Source: an uncultured Saprospiraceae bacterium
GTDB lineage: Bacteria > Bacteroidota > Bacteroidia > Chitinophagales > Saprospiraceae
Direction of reading: 5' to 3'
Assembly (NCBI GenBank): GCA_938039305.1
Contig: CALHUZ010000537.1
Coordinates: forward strand, 1 to 44,350
Length of the DNA: 44,350 nt
Shown: positions 21,498-30,278 of the stretch, piece after piece
Layout of the letters: each line of letters opens with the position of its first letter
Numbering within the stretch: the stretch's first letter is position 1
The notes under the pieces: generated by a model
Database searches by the model: none
Told to the model about the DNA's origin: nothing
The model's input: only the letters and a program-made list of their open reading frames with translations
Translations under genes and position numbers: made by a program

Positions 21498-21509
21498 AAT
21501 AATTTTTTT

Positions 21510-24500
21510 TTAAAATGTTACGTTAAGTCCCAAACTTAAAATTCTAGCATTTGGATACTCACCATTTGAAAAACCTTGAGCAATATTACCCAAACCACCT
21601 CTGCCAAATCTACTGGACTCTGGATCAATTAATCTGAAATCAGATAATAGTAACAAATTAGTTCCTGAGGCATAAAGCGACATTTTTTCTATACCCTTCC
21701 AGCCCATTTTGTTAACTGGAAAATTATATGTCAAGCGGACATTCTTTAGACGTAAATGTGTACCATCTTCAATCTCAAAAGAATTGGGTTGATAGGCACC
21801 TTCAACAAACCCTGGTCTAGGAATATCCGATGTTGGGTTGTTAGCCGACCAGTAATCAGCAACTTCTGCATACTTTGGAAGCTCACCACGAATAAAAAAG
21901 CTATTACGTGATCTTAAATTATAGACTTCATTACCAACGGTACCTTGTATATAAATACTTAAATCAAGATTTTTGTAAGAGATATTGTTTCCAAATCCGA
22001 AAATTAGATCTGGCCATGGATTACCTAATACTTCAAAATCCTCGTTAGATATGGTGCCATCTCCATTTGTGTCTTGATATCTGGGGCCTCCAACAGCATT
22101 TGTTGCTGGATCTTGACCTGAAGCAGCAATTTCTTCTTGACTTTTCCAAGTTCCTAAATACTGTGCTCCCGTAAATACTGGTGATGGTTCACCAACGATT
22201 AATCTTAAGTTCCCCGCACCAAGAATCTGGTCTACGACTACATCTATAAATTCTTCTCCACCAAGATCCAATATCTTATTCTTATTCGACGATAAGGTGA
22301 TAGTAGAATTCCATTTAAAATCAGGCTTTGAAACATTATATGAAGTAAGCAAAAACTCCCATCCTTTGTTCTCTAAAGAACCAATATTTCGCAATTGATT
22401 AGTATACCCTGTTTGTCTTGGTATAGTGACATTCAATAACAGGTCATTAGTCTCTTTTTGGTAATAGTTGAATTCTGTAAAGAGTCTACCATCGAATAGC
22501 GAGGCTTCTAAAGCAATATCAAATGCTGTAGTTGTTTCCCATTTCAAATCTGGATTTGCTGGCCTTCCCAGTAGTGCGCCTGGAACTTCAATGCCATTAA
22601 ACGAGGTATTTGCTTCTACTAAAACACCTAAGGTATTATATGGAGAGATGGCCTGATTTCCTGATTTACCATAACTGACTCTTAATTTTAAATCCTCAAA
22701 GGTGGATTGATTTTGCATAAAAGGTTCTTGCGAAATTTTCCAAGCAGCTGCTACAGATGGATAAAACTCATATTTATTACCTGGAGCAAACACCGAACTT
22801 CCGTCACTTCTACCTACTAATGTTAATAAGTACTTGTCGTTAAACGAATAGTTAAGCCTTCCGAAGAAGGATACAATTGAATTTTGGGTAAAAGAAGAAC
22901 CCAGTAAGTTCCTTAATGGATCGCTCCCTGTACCTAAATTGTTAAATGTAGTTGCATCTGTTGTAAAACCGAAAGCTTGTGAAAAAGCAGTCTCTCTGGT
23001 TGTTTTCTGAAAAGATGCTCCACCTAAAAGAGTGTAGCTATGATTGTCATTAAAGTCCCCTGAATATTGAATGGTATTTTCGTTATTCCATCCAAAAGAG
23101 GACACTGATCCGATTTTAGCATTACTATCTGTAGTAGGAAGATCAGGTCTTTGGCTAGACGTAAACTCATTTCTTTTAGAAGTAGTAATATCGGGATTAA
23201 ATGTTGAGCGGAGTATTAGATTTTCAATAGGACTATACTCTAAAAATACTGTCCCTAACAAATTGTTTATAGAAGACTCATCTATATCCAATTGTGATGT
23301 TGCAACAGGATTGTTAAAGGGATTTCCAACTACTTCATTTCTTCCATTAAAAGAACCATCATCATTAAATACGGGCTGGGTTGGTAAAATGCCAAGTAGA
23401 CCGCTATAGCCAACAACACCATTTTCCTGATTAATTCTGGAATAATTTAAACGGAAACCTGCATTCAATTTATCACTTAACTTAAAATCCAAGTTTGATC
23501 TAAAAATAAATTTTTGGATTCCAGAATTATCAATGAGACCATCTTGGTCGTAATAATTTAGCGAGTTATAATAATTAACATCACCATTTTCTGAAGAACC
23601 AGCTATAGAAACATCGGCATTATATATTGGTGATGGGTTTAACAAAAGGTCGAAAAAGTTATTATCTGGATAGTCTGATGGATTTCCTGGAAATGGCTCA
23701 GCTACACCTCTAAGTATTGCATCTTGATTAGTGTAATCTATTTGTTGTGCTTGATTTAAATATGCGGGTCGCTCAGGTACCATCTGCGTACTAGTATATA
23801 GTCCCACACTAACTTGAGGTTTACCATTTCCACCTCGGGCTCCGCTTTTAGTGGTAACTAATACAACACCATTTGCACCTCTAGACCCATAGATAGCAAT
23901 TGAGGATGCATCTTTTAGTATCTCAATGGATTCCACATCATTGGCATTAAGATTATTTAGGTTGAAATTCGTGCCGACAATAATTCCATCAATAACCCAA
24001 AGTGGTTCATTACTACCTGTAATGGAGTTGCCACCTCTAACTCTTATGGATGTACCTGCACCAGGTGCACCACTAGTTTGTGTAACCTGCACACCTGCGG
24101 CCCTTCCTTGTAAAGCTTGATCAATTCTCGAAACAGGTACGGCTGCAACATCTTCGGCGCCTATAGAAGATACTGAACCTGTTAGATCTGACTTCTTTTG
24201 TTTACCGTATCCTACGATAACTACATCACTTAAGATTGAACCTTCTTCGAGGGTCACATCAACAGTTGATTGATTAGTTACATCAACTTCTTGATCTTGA
24301 TGTCCAGCATAGGTAAAGACTAAGACCTTATCTCCGTCCTGAAGACTTAAAGAGTAGGTTCCGTCAAAATCAGTAATGGTACCATTTAAAGTACCTCGTT
24401 GTAATATATTTACACCTATCAGTGTTTCTCCATTAGAGGAGTAAACTGTTCCAGTTATGTCCTGACCAAAGCCGTAAAAGCTTGTCAGCGTAAGAAACAG

Positions 24501-24581
24501 AATGTACAAAAGAGATGAATTTTTTGGTGGAGAGTATTCGACCCTCAGATAATGATTAGCAATTTTTTGAAATCTTATCAT
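21510..24581 (-). CDS. susC: SusC-like TonB-dependent outer-membrane transporter
   Basis: Carboxypeptidase-regulatory-like N-domain (ITGTVYSSNGETLIGVNI), TonB-box/plug region (DVVIVGYGKQKKSDLTGSV, IEILKDASSIAIYGSRGANGVVLVTTK), a 22-strand-size barrel, and a C-terminal LGLNVTF. Confidence 0.92.
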   Translation of the reverse strand: MIRFQKIANHYLRVEYSPPKNSSLLYILFLTLTSFYGFGQDITGTVYSSNGETLIGVNILQRGTLNGTITDFDGTYSLSLQDGDKVLVFTYAGHQDQEVDVTNQSTVDVTLEEGSILSDVVIVGYGKQKKSDLTGSVSSIGAEDVAAVPVSRIDQALQGRAAGVQVTQTSGAPGAGTSIRVRGGNSITGSNEPLWVIDGIIVGTNFNLNNLNANDVESIEILKDASSIAIYGSRGANGVVLVTTKSGARGGNGKPQVSVGLYTSTQMVPERPAYLNQAQQIDYTNQDAILRGVAEPFPGNPSDYPDNNFFDLLLNPSPIYNADVSIAGSSENGDVNYYNSLNYYDQDGLIDNSGIQKFIFRSNLDFKLSDKLNAGFRLNYSRINQENGVVGYSGLLGILPTQPVFNDDGSFNGRNEVVGNPFNNPVATSQLDIDESSINNLLGTVFLEYSPIENLILRSTFNPDITTSKRNEFTSSQRPDLPTTDSNAKIGSVSSFGWNNENTIQYSGDFNDNHSYTLLGGASFQKTTRETAFSQAFGFTTDATTFNNLGTGSDPLRNLLGSSFTQNSIVSFFGRLNYSFNDKYLLTLVGRSDGSSVFAPGNKYEFYPSVAAAWKISQEPFMQNQSTFEDLKLRVSYGKSGNQAISPYNTLGVLVEANTSFNGIEVPGALLGRPANPDLKWETTTAFDIALEASLFDGRLFTEFNYYQKETNDLLLNVTIPRQTGYTNQLRNIGSLENKGWEFLLTSYNVSKPDFKWNSTITLSSNKNKILDLGGEEFIDVVVDQILGAGNLRLIVGEPSPVFTGAQYLGTWKSQEEIAASGQDPATNAVGGPRYQDTNGDGTISNEDFEVLGNPWPDLIFGFGNNISYKNLDLSIYIQGTVGNEVYNLRSRNSFFIRGELPKYAEVADYWSANNPTSDIPRPGFVEGAYQPNSFEIEDGTHLRLKNVRLTYNFPVNKMGWKGIEKMSLYASGTNLLLLSDFRLIDPESSRFGRGGLGNIAQGFSNGEYPNARILSLGLNVTF

Positions 24582-24617
24582 TGTCTACTTATTTAGCTTA
24601 ATTAATTATACGACAAT

Positions 24618-24663
24618 CAAATATATATTTCGGCAAGTAACAAGACATCCTGTGCTGTACTGT
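24618..24663 (-). promoter_or_regulatory. Site D of the recurrent element (ACAGTA-cagc-ACAGGA on the minus strand) plus a consensus -7 box
   Basis: On the minus strand, ACAGTACAGCACAGGA occupies 24663-24648. Then 22 nt, then a perfect Bacteroidota -7 box TATATTTG (24625-24618). The ATG of susC at 24581 is 67 nt from the repeat. Confidence 0.6.
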
Positions 24664-24697
24664 GCCGTATCTATAAGCTATAACACGTAAGACATAA

Positions 24698-25747
24698 TTA
24701 GGCAGATTGCCTATCGATAAAGTTGAATTCGTTTTGTTGAGAAGAGAGCTTTCTGGTAAGAATCATTTGTGCTGCAGAGACACCTAGTTTTTTAAAGTTT
24801 GTACTGATAACGCTTATGCCTAGTAGTTCTTTTAATGGAGTGTCATTGTATGAAATAATTCCGATATCCTCTCCCATTTTGTACGAGCTTTTACGAAGTT
24901 GAGTGATTAAGTTTATTAAGTCTTCTTCTTGGAGCGTGATATACAAATCTTTGGACTTGAATTCTATACCATCAAATATTTTAGGCAATACTTCGTAGTC
25001 AACATTGATGGACTTACAAAACTTTCTAAATCCCTTAACGATCTCTTTGGGATAAGGATAAACAACTTTCTTAGGATAAATAAGAAGTACTTTTTTATAA
25101 GTATTTAGTTGGTCTGCAATACGTGTTAAGGCGTTATAAATATCTGCTTCAAAGTCTTGATAAATTCTTCCGAAAATTTTGGAAGTATTTTTTATATCAC
25201 GGTCTAAGAGTATCAGTTTATTAGCCGGTATCTGCTCAATTACATTCAATAGATCCCGTGGGCAATCGATGTACTGAAACCGGTCGTTTTTAAAATGAGG
25301 GACTATAATGTAATAGTCATATTTTGATTGATTCGCTGTAAGTATTTTCTTCAAAATCAAAGGATCACAATAGTATATTTCAAGATCAACTTTAATATTT
25401 GTTTTGTTAAGTGCTTCCACAAATGAGTTGAAGACTTGAGTTTTATAACTACTCAACTTGTTGATCACAAAAAGCACACGTACTTCAATTGATAAATCAG
25501 TCTCAGCGATATAATATCCTTTACCTCTAACAGAGATTATTATTTTCTGATCTAAAAGAGTATTGTAAGCTTTTTTTACTGTATCTCTAGATAGGCGATG
25601 TGTTTTACTTAAGTGATTAATGGACATGATTTTATCACCTACGAACAGTTGTTCATCTCTTATACCTCTTTTTATCGCGTTAATGATCTGCTTATACTTG
25701 GGAACAGTAGAAGCTTCATCAATAGATATATAGCCGTCTTCGATCAT
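24698..25747 (-). CDS. Transcriptional regulator: GntR-type winged HTH fused to a LacI/periplasmic-binding-protein-like sugar sensor
   Basis: N-terminus VPKYKQIINAIKRGI...INHLSKTHRLSRDTVKKAYNTLLDQKIIISVRGKGYYI (GntR HTH). The C-terminal ~250 aa have an alternating beta/alpha PBP-like pattern. Clear paralog of 35506-36594. Confidence 0.8.
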   Translation of the reverse strand: MIEDGYISIDEASTVPKYKQIINAIKRGIRDEQLFVGDKIMSINHLSKTHRLSRDTVKKAYNTLLDQKIIISVRGKGYYIAETDLSIEVRVLFVINKLSSYKTQVFNSFVEALNKTNIKVDLEIYYCDPLILKKILTANQSKYDYYIIVPHFKNDRFQYIDCPRDLLNVIEQIPANKLILLDRDIKNTSKIFGRIYQDFEADIYNALTRIADQLNTYKKVLLIYPKKVVYPYPKEIVKGFRKFCKSINVDYEVLPKIFDGIEFKSKDLYITLQEEDLINLITQLRKSSYKMGEDIGIISYNDTPLKELLGISVISTNFKKLGVSAAQMILTRKLSSQQNEFNFIDRQSA

Positions 25748-25938
25748 AAATTATATTGAAGAAATTATCATAAGGTCCATGGCTCTATAAACTTTAGTTT
25801 ACTCTAAGTTGTGGCATAAGTACCGCTTGTTAGGATTAGGCATTAAATATAGTTTTGTGTCATGATATCATCGTCTTTTCTAATAAATTAACCTATTTAA
25901 ATATTTTTTACCTAAAAGAACTGTTTTAGCAAGCATTG

Positions 25939-27465
25939 TTATTTGGATATTTTTGTGGCAATAATTCTCGTCTTTTGTTCTACAAAATAAGGTTGAAAAG
26001 AGTAAGATGAATGAGCGTCCCAAGGCGCATTGAAAACAGGCAAGTACTGTTTTAATGTATCTATAGTGCCTTTGTAGCTCAGATTATTTGCTTGATTAGT
26101 AAATTCGTCAGGATCATAAAGATGATCATACAGTTCTTCTTCACCATCTTCATATTGGATGTATCTAAATCGCTGTGATTTTATCGAATGATTATTCATT
26201 CCAAATGTGCTAATGGCGACATGATCCTCAGAATTTATTGAATCTTGCATGAATGGAAGCAGGCTAATTCCTTCATTTTTATCATATGAAGGAAGGCCGC
26301 ATAGTTCTAATAGTGTAGGGTAGATGGAAAGTAGTTCTACTGGCTTATCAATCTTGATTCCTTGAGGAAGGTTTGGGCCAGCAAAAAAGAGGGGAGTATT
26401 GGTGGCGACATTCCAAAGTGCATGCTTGGCGAACGTACCTTTTTCTCCTAGTCGGTAACCATGATCCGACCATAATACAATGACGGTATTATCAGCATAG
26501 TTACTGTTTTCTAAAGCATCTAACAACCTTCCTAATTCATAATCCACATAACTTATACATGCCAAGTAAGCCTGAATAATTTTAGGCCATTCACCACTTT
26601 TTATTGCCCATTCTGTGGAGGGCATCATAGGTAAGTCGTTTATAAGATGTGCGACTTGCGGCACATCATCTAAATCGTCGCTTTGATAAGGAGGCGTAAC
26701 AATACTATCCAATGGATGAAGATCGAACCACTTTTGTGGTACATGTAAGGGGACATGTACTCTGAGGAATCCTACGCCTAAGAAGAAAGGTGTTTCATAA
26801 ATTTTGGATAGCCGTTCGATCGCCCAATCAACAGATTGATGATCTGGCATTAATGAATCAGCATCAGGGAAAGCTCCCCAGTCTGTATTTGTTCTACCAT
26901 ATTTTGTCCGATCAGCGGTTCCAAATCCATCCCATACAAACCTCTTTTCAGGATAAGGTCCAAATCCTTTTACTCTTCCTCCCGATTCATTAAAAAGACC
27001 TTGAGGAGCATGACTATGAAATAACTTTCCGATACCCATAGTATGATAACCATGGTTTCTAAAATACTCTGGCAAGAAGATAATGTCCCGAGTTGCAGGA
27101 TTCTCAGATCGTATGTTGTCATCTGATATTGCACCATAAATGCCCGTTGTAGAAGGGCGCAATCCTGTCATGATAGATGCTCGTGAAGGGGCGCAAAGTG
27201 GCGACTGGCAATGGGCGTCTGAAAATAATACGCCTTGTGCCGCCAACCTTTCAAGATTGGGCGTTTTTGCATTAGAAAAACCTTTTAGACCTTCAATCCA
27301 CGTATTTAAATCGTCAACAGCAATGAAGAGAACATTAGGTGTTTGATTTTGACTGTTGCTTAAATATTTTTGGGGATCATCATTATTACAAGCACTCCAA
27401 ATAAATAAAGTCAAGATCAAGAGTAGGAATACCTTTCTTGGCATAGCGCTTAATGACCTTCCCAT
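25939..27465 (-). CDS. S1 sulfatase (formylglycine-dependent), lipoprotein
   Basis: PNVLFIAVDDLN, CQSPLCAPSRASIMTGLRPSTTG, GKLFHSH and WSDHGYRLGEK. The alternative start at MPRKVF (27444) would remove the 16-nt overlap with the upstream gene. Confidence 0.9.
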   Translation of the reverse strand: MGRSLSAMPRKVFLLLILTLFIWSACNNDDPQKYLSNSQNQTPNVLFIAVDDLNTWIEGLKGFSNAKTPNLERLAAQGVLFSDAHCQSPLCAPSRASIMTGLRPSTTGIYGAISDDNIRSENPATRDIIFLPEYFRNHGYHTMGIGKLFHSHAPQGLFNESGGRVKGFGPYPEKRFVWDGFGTADRTKYGRTNTDWGAFPDADSLMPDHQSVDWAIERLSKIYETPFFLGVGFLRVHVPLHVPQKWFDLHPLDSIVTPPYQSDDLDDVPQVAHLINDLPMMPSTEWAIKSGEWPKIIQAYLACISYVDYELGRLLDALENSNYADNTVIVLWSDHGYRLGEKGTFAKHALWNVATNTPLFFAGPNLPQGIKIDKPVELLSIYPTLLELCGLPSYDKNEGISLLPFMQDSINSEDHVAISTFGMNNHSIKSQRFRYIQYEDGEEELYDHLYDPDEFTNQANNLSYKGTIDTLKQYLPVFNAPWDAHSSYSFQPYFVEQKTRIIATKISK

Positions 27466-28811
27466 GAGTGGTCAATTATTTCTTTCAATTCTTGAACAAT
27501 CTCGGGATTCGAATTTGCTAAATTCTCTGTTTCAAATGGATCATTGAAAATATCAAACAATTGCACCTCTTCATTAGGTTTGTTTTTCTCATCTGGAAGA
27601 ATAAGTTTATATGGATTGGTGATTGCCATTTTATAGTACATGCTCTCTTCTATAGTATTAAAATCATGAGCATAGATTTCTCCTAAAACGGCTTTTCTAT
27701 TCTGTAGTTTCGATTCATCCAAGACATTTATACCTTCTAAATTATTAGGTTGATCAATATTCAGCATATTTAAAATAGTAGGTATAATATCAATGCTACT
27801 TGATATTAGATCTGATTCTATTTTCGGAATAATCTTTCCTTTCCACTTGTACATTATGGGAGTGCGTAATCCATAGTCGTAAGGGGAACGTTTGGAGATT
27901 TTATTATACTGGGCATTGTTTTCATTTTGAACCCATCCGTTATCACATACATAAACAAACAGGGTATTTTCTGTTTGACCTCTGTCATCTAAGTAATTCA
28001 TTAGTTGTCCACATGTAGTATCGAACCATTCACACATAGCCCAATATTTAGCAATATATGGGGTAGGCGCATTGGGGAGATATTTCTTTAAGAGTGAATC
28101 AGGGGGGTTGTGTGGAGTATGCGGTAGAAATGGTGCGTACCACATAAAAAAGGGTTGTTCTTTTTCTAATGCTATGTCTATATAGTTATAGAGAGTATCC
28201 ATTCCCTTACGGCCTATCTCCAACCCATAATCTCCATGTCTTCCGCCTCTCTCTCGATCACCATGTGTCATCCCATAGTCAAAACCTCCATTAGCATAAT
28301 CACCAATCCACCATTTTCCAGTTTGAAAGGACAAGTACCCTTTCTCTTTCAAAAGTTTAGGCAACGTGTTCAATGTTCTGAAATTTTGAATTACGGATTT
28401 GTAATTATCACCTCTCCATGCTTCATAAACTGAAGTTCCTGGTGTTCTTTTGTTTTTTAACTTGTCTTGGGGTAGTACTCTATCATTTCCTAGTACCAGA
28501 TGATGTCTTGGGTATAGGCCAGTTATCATAGAAGCTAGAGATGGAGCACAGAGCGATGTGGGTACATATCCATGCGTAAAGGTTAGGCTCTCTTTTGCTA
28601 ACTTATCAATATGCGGTGTCTGAATATGGGGATGTCCCATAAAACTATAATCCGTCCATGCTTGATCATCGGAAATAATCAACACAATATTTGGTAACCG
28701 CGTTAGACTACTCGTCTTGGAATCGATAGACTTAGTATTACATGAGTGGATCACAAATATGGTAAGGACAACGCCAACAATTGACTTAATATTTATAAAT
28801 TCTCGTGTCAT
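27450..28811 (-). CDS. S1 sulfatase-family protein with a non-canonical maturation motif (C-A-P-S-L)
   Basis: PNIVLIISDDQAW, CDNGW and the overall sulfatase layout are present. The signature reads TSLCAPSLASMITGLYP (nt 28550-28536, minus strand), with Leu (CTA) where the invariant Arg should be. Confidence 0.85.
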   Translation of the reverse strand: MTREFINIKSIVGVVLTIFVIHSCNTKSIDSKTSSLTRLPNIVLIISDDQAWTDYSFMGHPHIQTPHIDKLAKESLTFTHGYVPTSLCAPSLASMITGLYPRHHLVLGNDRVLPQDKLKNKRTPGTSVYEAWRGDNYKSVIQNFRTLNTLPKLLKEKGYLSFQTGKWWIGDYANGGFDYGMTHGDRERGGRHGDYGLEIGRKGMDTLYNYIDIALEKEQPFFMWYAPFLPHTPHNPPDSLLKKYLPNAPTPYIAKYWAMCEWFDTTCGQLMNYLDDRGQTENTLFVYVCDNGWVQNENNAQYNKISKRSPYDYGLRTPIMYKWKGKIIPKIESDLISSSIDIIPTILNMLNIDQPNNLEGINVLDESKLQNRKAVLGEIYAHDFNTIEESMYYKMAITNPYKLILPDEKNKPNEEVQLFDIFNDPFETENLANSNPEIVQELKEIIDHSWEGH

Positions 28812-28881
28812 ATGCCATTTAATATTTGTGTATATATCATATATCGGGAGGGTTCATTATAGATACTACATTTACTTTAGT

Positions 28882-30258
28882 CTATTTAAATTCCAACAAT
28901 AACAATGGGCTTAATGGCCCCTTCGGAATAATTTTGGGAGCATGTTTTCGAAATCCGCCATGCTCTGCTTCCCACTTAAGAACGTATCTTGAGTTGGCTT
29001 TTTCATGTGTTCTTTTGTCATAAGCAAGACGAACCCTCATATCAGGATCACTAGAAATCTTATCATATAAATCTTCTGGATATAGCTTCTGAATATTTGG
29101 CACTTCATCGGAATGTTCAAATGTGTTAAGGTCAATAATGTATTGTCCAGCATCTCCTTTTTCTGTAGTCCAATCGATAGCTAATATGCCATCATCTGAT
29201 AATCCTACAAAATTGAATTGTCCTCCTATGCTCATAAAGGCTCCTCCGTCAATAAATTTCCATCTAAAGTCCCAATCGGATATTTTTTTAGAAACCCAAA
29301 CGTCTCCAATATGCCTAGCAAGATATAATTGAGTGAGTCCTTGTTCATCATATTTAGTGTATCCGATGATGGGTTCGTCATTATTATCAAGCATCAATTT
29401 GTAACGGCTATTGTGCAAGCCTCCTTTAGATGGCGTGTTGTCGACCAGAACTTTGCTATCATCAGGTGTAAAAGGCAATGAGACGGGTTCGTTATTGATA
29501 TTTTTCCAATTTTTTAAATCAGATGTCTTAGCATAGCAAATATGATGGCTGGTTTCAACCATAGGTGTCCATCTCCACATCCAGGCAAAATGAAAGTCTC
29601 CTTTAGAGTCTTTAACCCAATGATGGTAGGCTGCTCTTGTATCGGTTTTCTCTATTCCCTCAAACAACGGTTGCTTGAGATATCTTTCCCATTTTCCTTT
29701 ATGCGGATCAAATCGATTGATCAGAATGTTTCCATTTCCACAAGACCCAGACCGGTAAGAAAAGAGTAGTTTGCCAGATTTATCATTGAAGAAACTTGGA
29801 TAAGTCACGCTCTCTTCATCGTTTCCCACCATTACGTTTAATTCTTGCATGCTGGTTACGTCGTAAGGTTTCGAGCTTCTGTAATAGGCCAGTGGGTCTA
29901 CATGTTGGTTACCGCTTACATGGATATAGCCTAATTCGTCTATTCCAAGTTTTACAGAATTGTGTGAATCCCAAATAAGCTGATTTGGCAAGCTTTTTTT
30001 TATCCATTGGTTACTATTGACATTTCTGGATGCAACAGTCATCATTCGATTCCGATCGTAGTAGACTATAAACTGAAGTTCTCCAACAGTTTTCATATCA
30101 AACCTTACTCCATTTGCTGCCCAAACAGAATCAACTTCGAGTATTTCGAGAGTAACCGGTTCATTAGTTGGATTCAACTGAGCCATCAAAACAGTTGTAG
30201 CTGAGCTGAGATAAAATATTACAATCAGTATGAATATTTCTCTATGTAAGTACTTCAT
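28882..30258 (-). CDS. BNR_4-like beta-propeller protein (GH145 / PL24-PL25-PL42-like clan candidate)
   Basis: Signal peptide, then repeated blade-like segments with His-rich motifs: FIVYYD, WDSHNSVKLGIDELGYIHVSGNQHVDPLAYYRS, AYHHW, FHFAWMWRW, SHHICYAKTSD. This matches my recollection of BNR-4 repeat proteins. No search was run. Confidence 0.55.
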   Translation of the reverse strand: MKYLHREIFILIVIFYLSSATTVLMAQLNPTNEPVTLEILEVDSVWAANGVRFDMKTVGELQFIVYYDRNRMMTVASRNVNSNQWIKKSLPNQLIWDSHNSVKLGIDELGYIHVSGNQHVDPLAYYRSSKPYDVTSMQELNVMVGNDEESVTYPSFFNDKSGKLLFSYRSGSCGNGNILINRFDPHKGKWERYLKQPLFEGIEKTDTRAAYHHWVKDSKGDFHFAWMWRWTPMVETSHHICYAKTSDLKNWKNINNEPVSLPFTPDDSKVLVDNTPSKGGLHNSRYKLMLDNNDEPIIGYTKYDEQGLTQLYLARHIGDVWVSKKISDWDFRWKFIDGGAFMSIGGQFNFVGLSDDGILAIDWTTEKGDAGQYIIDLNTFEHSDEVPNIQKLYPEDLYDKISSDPDMRVRLAYDKRTHEKANSRYVLKWEAEHGGFRKHAPKIIPKGPLSPLLLLEFK

Positions 30259-30278
30259 AATATTGAATAAGACTAAAA

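Noticed and set aside
27450-27465. 16-nt overlap between the two minus-strand sulfatase genes as evidence of translational coupling or a frameshift
   Set aside because: An in-frame Met seven codons downstream (MPRKVF, at 27444) gives a normal signal peptide and removes the overlap. Nothing indicates frameshifting.
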